From: Candidatus Undinarchaeota archaeon
GTDB taxonomy: Archaea > Undinarchaeota > Undinarchaeia > Undinarchaeales > UBA543
Length of the DNA: 28,347 nucleotides
NCBI GenBank assembly: GCA_964636545.1
Contig: CAZWSR010000009.1
Coordinates: 1 to 28,347, forward strand
Direction: 5' to 3'
Shown: positions 25,646 to 28,347 of the stretch, piece after piece
Numbering within the stretch: position 1 is the stretch's first letter
Layout: the number at the start of each line of letters is the position of its first letter
Made by a program: the position numbers and the translations under genes
Notes under the pieces: model-generated
Databases searched by the model: none
What the model was told of the DNA's origin: nothing
The model's input: the letters and a program-made list of their open reading frames with translations, nothing else

Positions 25646-25822
25646 TTAAGCAGCAGCAAGTATTTTTTTGTTTATAGCCTTTGCGCTTGCACGGTTCTTT
25701 AATTCACCAATTTTTCCCATGTTCCACGAATTTACTTTGGAAAAAAATCCTGTAACTCGTGTCATGATTTCTATTTTGTCAGAGCCGCATTCTTGGCAAG
25801 TTCCAAGTTGTGTTTCAGTCAT
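25646..25822 (-). CDS. Stand-alone class III ribonucleotide reductase (NrdD) glycyl-radical-domain-like protein, 58 aa
   Basis: MTETQLGTCQECGSDKIEIMTRVTGFFSKVNSWNMGKIGELKNRASAKAINKKILAAA*; AGGAGGT SD 7 nt upstream; not in the ORF track. Confidence 0.85.
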   Translation of the reverse strand: MTETQLGTCQECGSDKIEIMTRVTGFFSKVNSWNMGKIGELKNRASAKAINKKILAAA

Positions 25823-25852
25823 TTTTTGAACCTCCTAATGTTCTAATACTTG

Positions 25853-25897
25853 GTATACAAAAGATACTTATATAGGGTAGAGTTTCTAAAAAGATAG
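25853..25897. promoter_or_regulatory. Divergent promoter with shared TATA and two candidate HxlR-family operator sites
   Basis: gtat-acaaaag-atac (25853-25867), ttatatag (25868-25875) and gtttc-taaaaa-gatag (25882-25897). Confidence 0.45.
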
Positions 25898-25898
25898 T

Positions 25899-26258
25899 AT
25901 GGAAAAGAATTGTACTGTTTACAAAACAATGGATTTTGTAGGAAAGAAGTGGACGATACTGGTTTTGCTAGAATTATACAAAGGCGATCAGAAGTGGAAA
26001 CGCTATTCTCAAATCAAAAGAAAAATGCCGGATATTACTCCAAAAATTCTTTCTGCAAGATTAAAAGAATTAGGGGCGAAAGGTATGGTTAAAAAACGAG
26101 TGGATGCAAGCAAATTTCCAATCAAATGTGAATATAGCTTAACTAAAAGCGGAAATGATTTTGTAAATATCGTTGGTGATATTAAGAAATGGTCTTTAAA
26201 GTGGAAAATTAAAAGCAAGCAGTGTAGCAGTACAATGTGTAAATATTGCAAGTTATGA
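25899..26258 (+). CDS. HxlR/DUF24 (MarR-like) redox-sensing transcriptional regulator
   Basis: NCTV...VGKKWTILVL, ITPKILSARLKEL and EYSLTKSG; N-terminal Cys plus C-terminal CxxxxCxxC. Confidence 0.9.
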   Translation: MEKNCTVYKTMDFVGKKWTILVLLELYKGDQKWKRYSQIKRKMPDITPKILSARLKELGAKGMVKKRVDASKFPIKCEYSLTKSGNDFVNIVGDIKKWSLKWKIKSKQCSSTMCKYCKL

Positions 26259-26312
26259 TTTGAACTGACCAGCAATTAAAAACTTTATAAACCAGTTTTG
26301 CCTAGTTATTTT

Positions 26313-27215
26313 ATGAAAAACATTATTCTTATATTAATTTTGATAATTGCAGTTTTTGCAAGCGGCTGTGTAAAGATCGAAGACGGTTCTCAAATTGAAA
26401 CAATGCCATCTCAAATTGGGGATGCTCCAGAAGAGGAAGATAATTATTACACAGAACCAGTTCCAGATCCAGTTGAAACAATTACAATTTTAGTTGACAG
26501 TCCGGAAAAAGAAGAACCTAAACCATCTTCTGTAGAGTCAGATTCTCTTCTTCCAAAAACTTCACTACTTGGAAATGATCTAAAAAGAATGAACAAATAT
26601 GTTTCTGATAATCCTGAATATGAACGATGTCCGTACAATGAAATGGGACTTTACAATGTTAATGATGTTGGTAATAGAGCAAAATATGCCATCTTGATTT
26701 ACAAATGCAGAAATGAACAGGAAGCAATTGATCACTTTAAACACAAAACTTCTTCAGTCAGTTTTTCATCTATTGATGGGTACGGTACAGAAGCAAAAAC
26801 AATTGGGGATAATGTGAAGTTCTATTATGGAATTTATTATGTTGATGTTGGTGGTTATAATTCAGATGCAAGAATGAATGTTGCTCATGATTTATGGACT
26901 AAAGCTTCTGATCATGTAAAAGAATTATATGACGGAACAGCTCCTGTAGATGAGGCCCCAACTGATTCTGAAACTTCTGGGACTGAAGAACCAATTGAAA
27001 TTTCTTGTAGAATAGGTACATCTCCATCAGAATTTTACAATAAAGATGGTCACGCAACACTTTACACTTGTCCAGATGAAAAGCCACAGTGCCATATTTC
27101 ATCTTCCAGAGATCATGGTAGGGCCATGTGCTGCAAAGAGAAGATAATTAAGAAAGAGTATTATGATTCAACTGAATTAGTTGAGTGTACTGAAATCTTG
27201 TTTAAATATAATTAA
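26313..27215 (+). CDS. Putative lipoprotein/surface protein with Cys-rich C-terminal module
   Basis: MKNIILILILIIAVFASGC lipobox-like signal, acidic Pro-rich linkers and six Cys in the last 70 aa. Confidence 0.75.
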   Translation: MKNIILILILIIAVFASGCVKIEDGSQIETMPSQIGDAPEEEDNYYTEPVPDPVETITILVDSPEKEEPKPSSVESDSLLPKTSLLGNDLKRMNKYVSDNPEYERCPYNEMGLYNVNDVGNRAKYAILIYKCRNEQEAIDHFKHKTSSVSFSSIDGYGTEAKTIGDNVKFYYGIYYVDVGGYNSDARMNVAHDLWTKASDHVKELYDGTAPVDEAPTDSETSGTEEPIEISCRIGTSPSEFYNKDGHATLYTCPDEKPQCHISSSRDHGRAMCCKEKIIKKEYYDSTELVECTEILFKYN

Positions 27216-27592
27216 GATTTCCACAAACCATGGATATTGCAATTAGCTTCAGCAAATAGCACTTTTCCTTTTTCTTCAAATTCAACTTCTGGAAGATCAC
27301 CTGGTTTCAAAACTTTCCATTGGCTTTTTCCATTTTCAACAAAAATTCCAATTCCGCCAATAAAATGTTTTTCTTCCATTGGATGCGGTACTGAACCAAC
27401 TTTTACTTTAACTCCAGTTGGTGTTTTTTCAATAACTGGCACATGTTTTTCATTTCCTTCTTCCTCTATTGTATGCGCTTTTATCAAGTTCATTGGTTTT
27501 CCACAACAAACAAGTTCTCCGACTCCAGCATGCAGGACTTTTATAACATTGTTACAAATTTCACATATGTAAACTTGATTGTTTTCAGTCAT
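27212..27592 (-). CDS. dfx: Desulfoferrodoxin (2Fe superoxide reductase)
   Basis: CEIC...CCG desulforedoxin domain; EKHVP, HPMEEKH and CNIHGLW. Confidence 0.95.
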   Translation of the reverse strand: MTENNQVYICEICNNVIKVLHAGVGELVCCGKPMNLIKAHTIEEEGNEKHVPVIEKTPTGVKVKVGSVPHPMEEKHFIGGIGIFVENGKSQWKVLKPGDLPEVEFEEKGKVLFAEANCNIHGLWKS

Positions 27593-28107
27593 TTTAACCT
27601 CTCTTCTGAAAGTTGCAAGTGGTCAATTTCAACATCTATAATTGCTTCAAATAGTTCTTTTATTCGTTCATTATCAGCTTCTTCAGCAGCTTTTTTGTAA
27701 AATTCAATTGCTTTTGTTTCTAGAGCATGCGAATCTTCAAGATTTTTTGTGTATTCCTCACTGCATTCTTCTTTTCCTTCTGGAGTTTTATCAAGTTTCA
27801 ATACTTTTTTCCAAATACTTGCATGTTCTGCTTCAACTTTTCCAAGTGTTTTGAAAAGTTTCTGAGCTTCAATTCCTGGAGTTTTCTTTGCAGCGCAGAA
27901 ATAGAATTCTGCATTACTTACTTCAACTTCAAGAGCATGCTCCACATTTTTCTTGTCAGTTTCAGTTAATGGAACATCAAAATTAACTTCTGCTTCTTGA
28001 ATTTCCAAAATAAATTTGCCTTTTGCACCGCAAAAAGGACAATTAGTTGGCGCAGCTGCCCCAATATAAGCATCTCCGCATATTTTACATCTCCAAAGTT
28101 TAACCAT
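27589..28107 (-). CDS. Reverse rubrerythrin-like protein (N-terminal rubredoxin, ferritin-like domain)
   Basis: WRCKICG...CPFCGA followed by E..N..FY, EAEH, E...IEFY and EIDH diiron motifs; ATG 28107 with GAGG SD. Confidence 0.88.
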   Translation of the reverse strand: MVKLWRCKICGDAYIGAAAPTNCPFCGAKGKFILEIQEAEVNFDVPLTETDKKNVEHALEVEVSNAEFYFCAAKKTPGIEAQKLFKTLGKVEAEHASIWKKVLKLDKTPEGKEECSEEYTKNLEDSHALETKAIEFYKKAAEEADNERIKELFEAIIDVEIDHLQLSEERLK

Positions 28108-28108
28108 T

Positions 28109-28347
28109 TCAATATTCCTCACATTTTAATTGATAATAAGCTCGTGAATGATTGCAAGCTGGGCATTTTTCAGGAGGTTCTATTCCTGTGTGCATGTATC
28201 CACATTCTCTGCATACCCAAGTCATTTCCTTATCTTTTTTGAAAATAGTTCCAGCTTCAAGTTCTTTCAAAAGTTTTTGATATCTTTCTTCGTGGTGTTC
28301 TTCTGCTTTTGAAATTGATTTCAGACGAGCTGCAATTTTTGAAAATC
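28109..28347 (-). CDS. rbr: Rubrerythrin, C-terminal part (5' truncated by window)
   Basis: ...ISKAEEHHEERY...WVCRECGYMHTGIEPPEKCPACNHSRAYYQLKCEEY*. Confidence 0.93.
   Translation of the reverse strand, partial: FSKIAARLKSISKAEEHHEERYQKLLKELEAGTIFKKDKEMTWVCRECGYMHTGIEPPEKCPACNHSRAYYQLKCEEY

Overview
AT-rich archaeal chromosomal segment using standard code 11, with TATA/BRE promoters and many apparently leaderless genes; the compact layout and many orphans suggest a small-genome, DPANN-like archaeon (inference). Core genes: nob1 (partial), aRF1, valS, rpl12, diphthine-ammonia ligase, pyrH, rps17e, nop5-fibrillarin, trm56, tRNA-Leu(UAA) and tRNA-Gln(UUG). There are also transporters and an oxidative-stress cluster (HxlR-type regulator, 4Fe-4S protein, desulfoferrodoxin, two rubrerythrins). 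The most notable signals are absent from the ORF track. (1) A 9-aa Val-rich leader peptide (MTSNIVVVI) with mutually exclusive hairpins and a U7 tract lies directly upstream of valS, a candidate ribosome-mediated attenuator in an archaeon. (2) A 58-aa stand-alone protein resembling the glycyl-radical C-terminus of class III ribonucleotide reductase sits in the O2-stress cluster, a candidate 'spare part'. (3) Short 7/8-nt-periodic arrays are dispersed through the window, three of them in frame inside conserved genes. (4) A putative R-S-E ADP-ribosyltransferase is frameshifted at an A9 tract next to tRNA-Leu. (5) corA carries an in-frame TGA immediately followed by ATG. (6) A convergent RelE-like/wHTH pair is flanked by a duplicated aRF1 3' end. 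No CRISPR array, rRNA, integrase or transposase was seen. All family calls come from motif recognition, not database searches.
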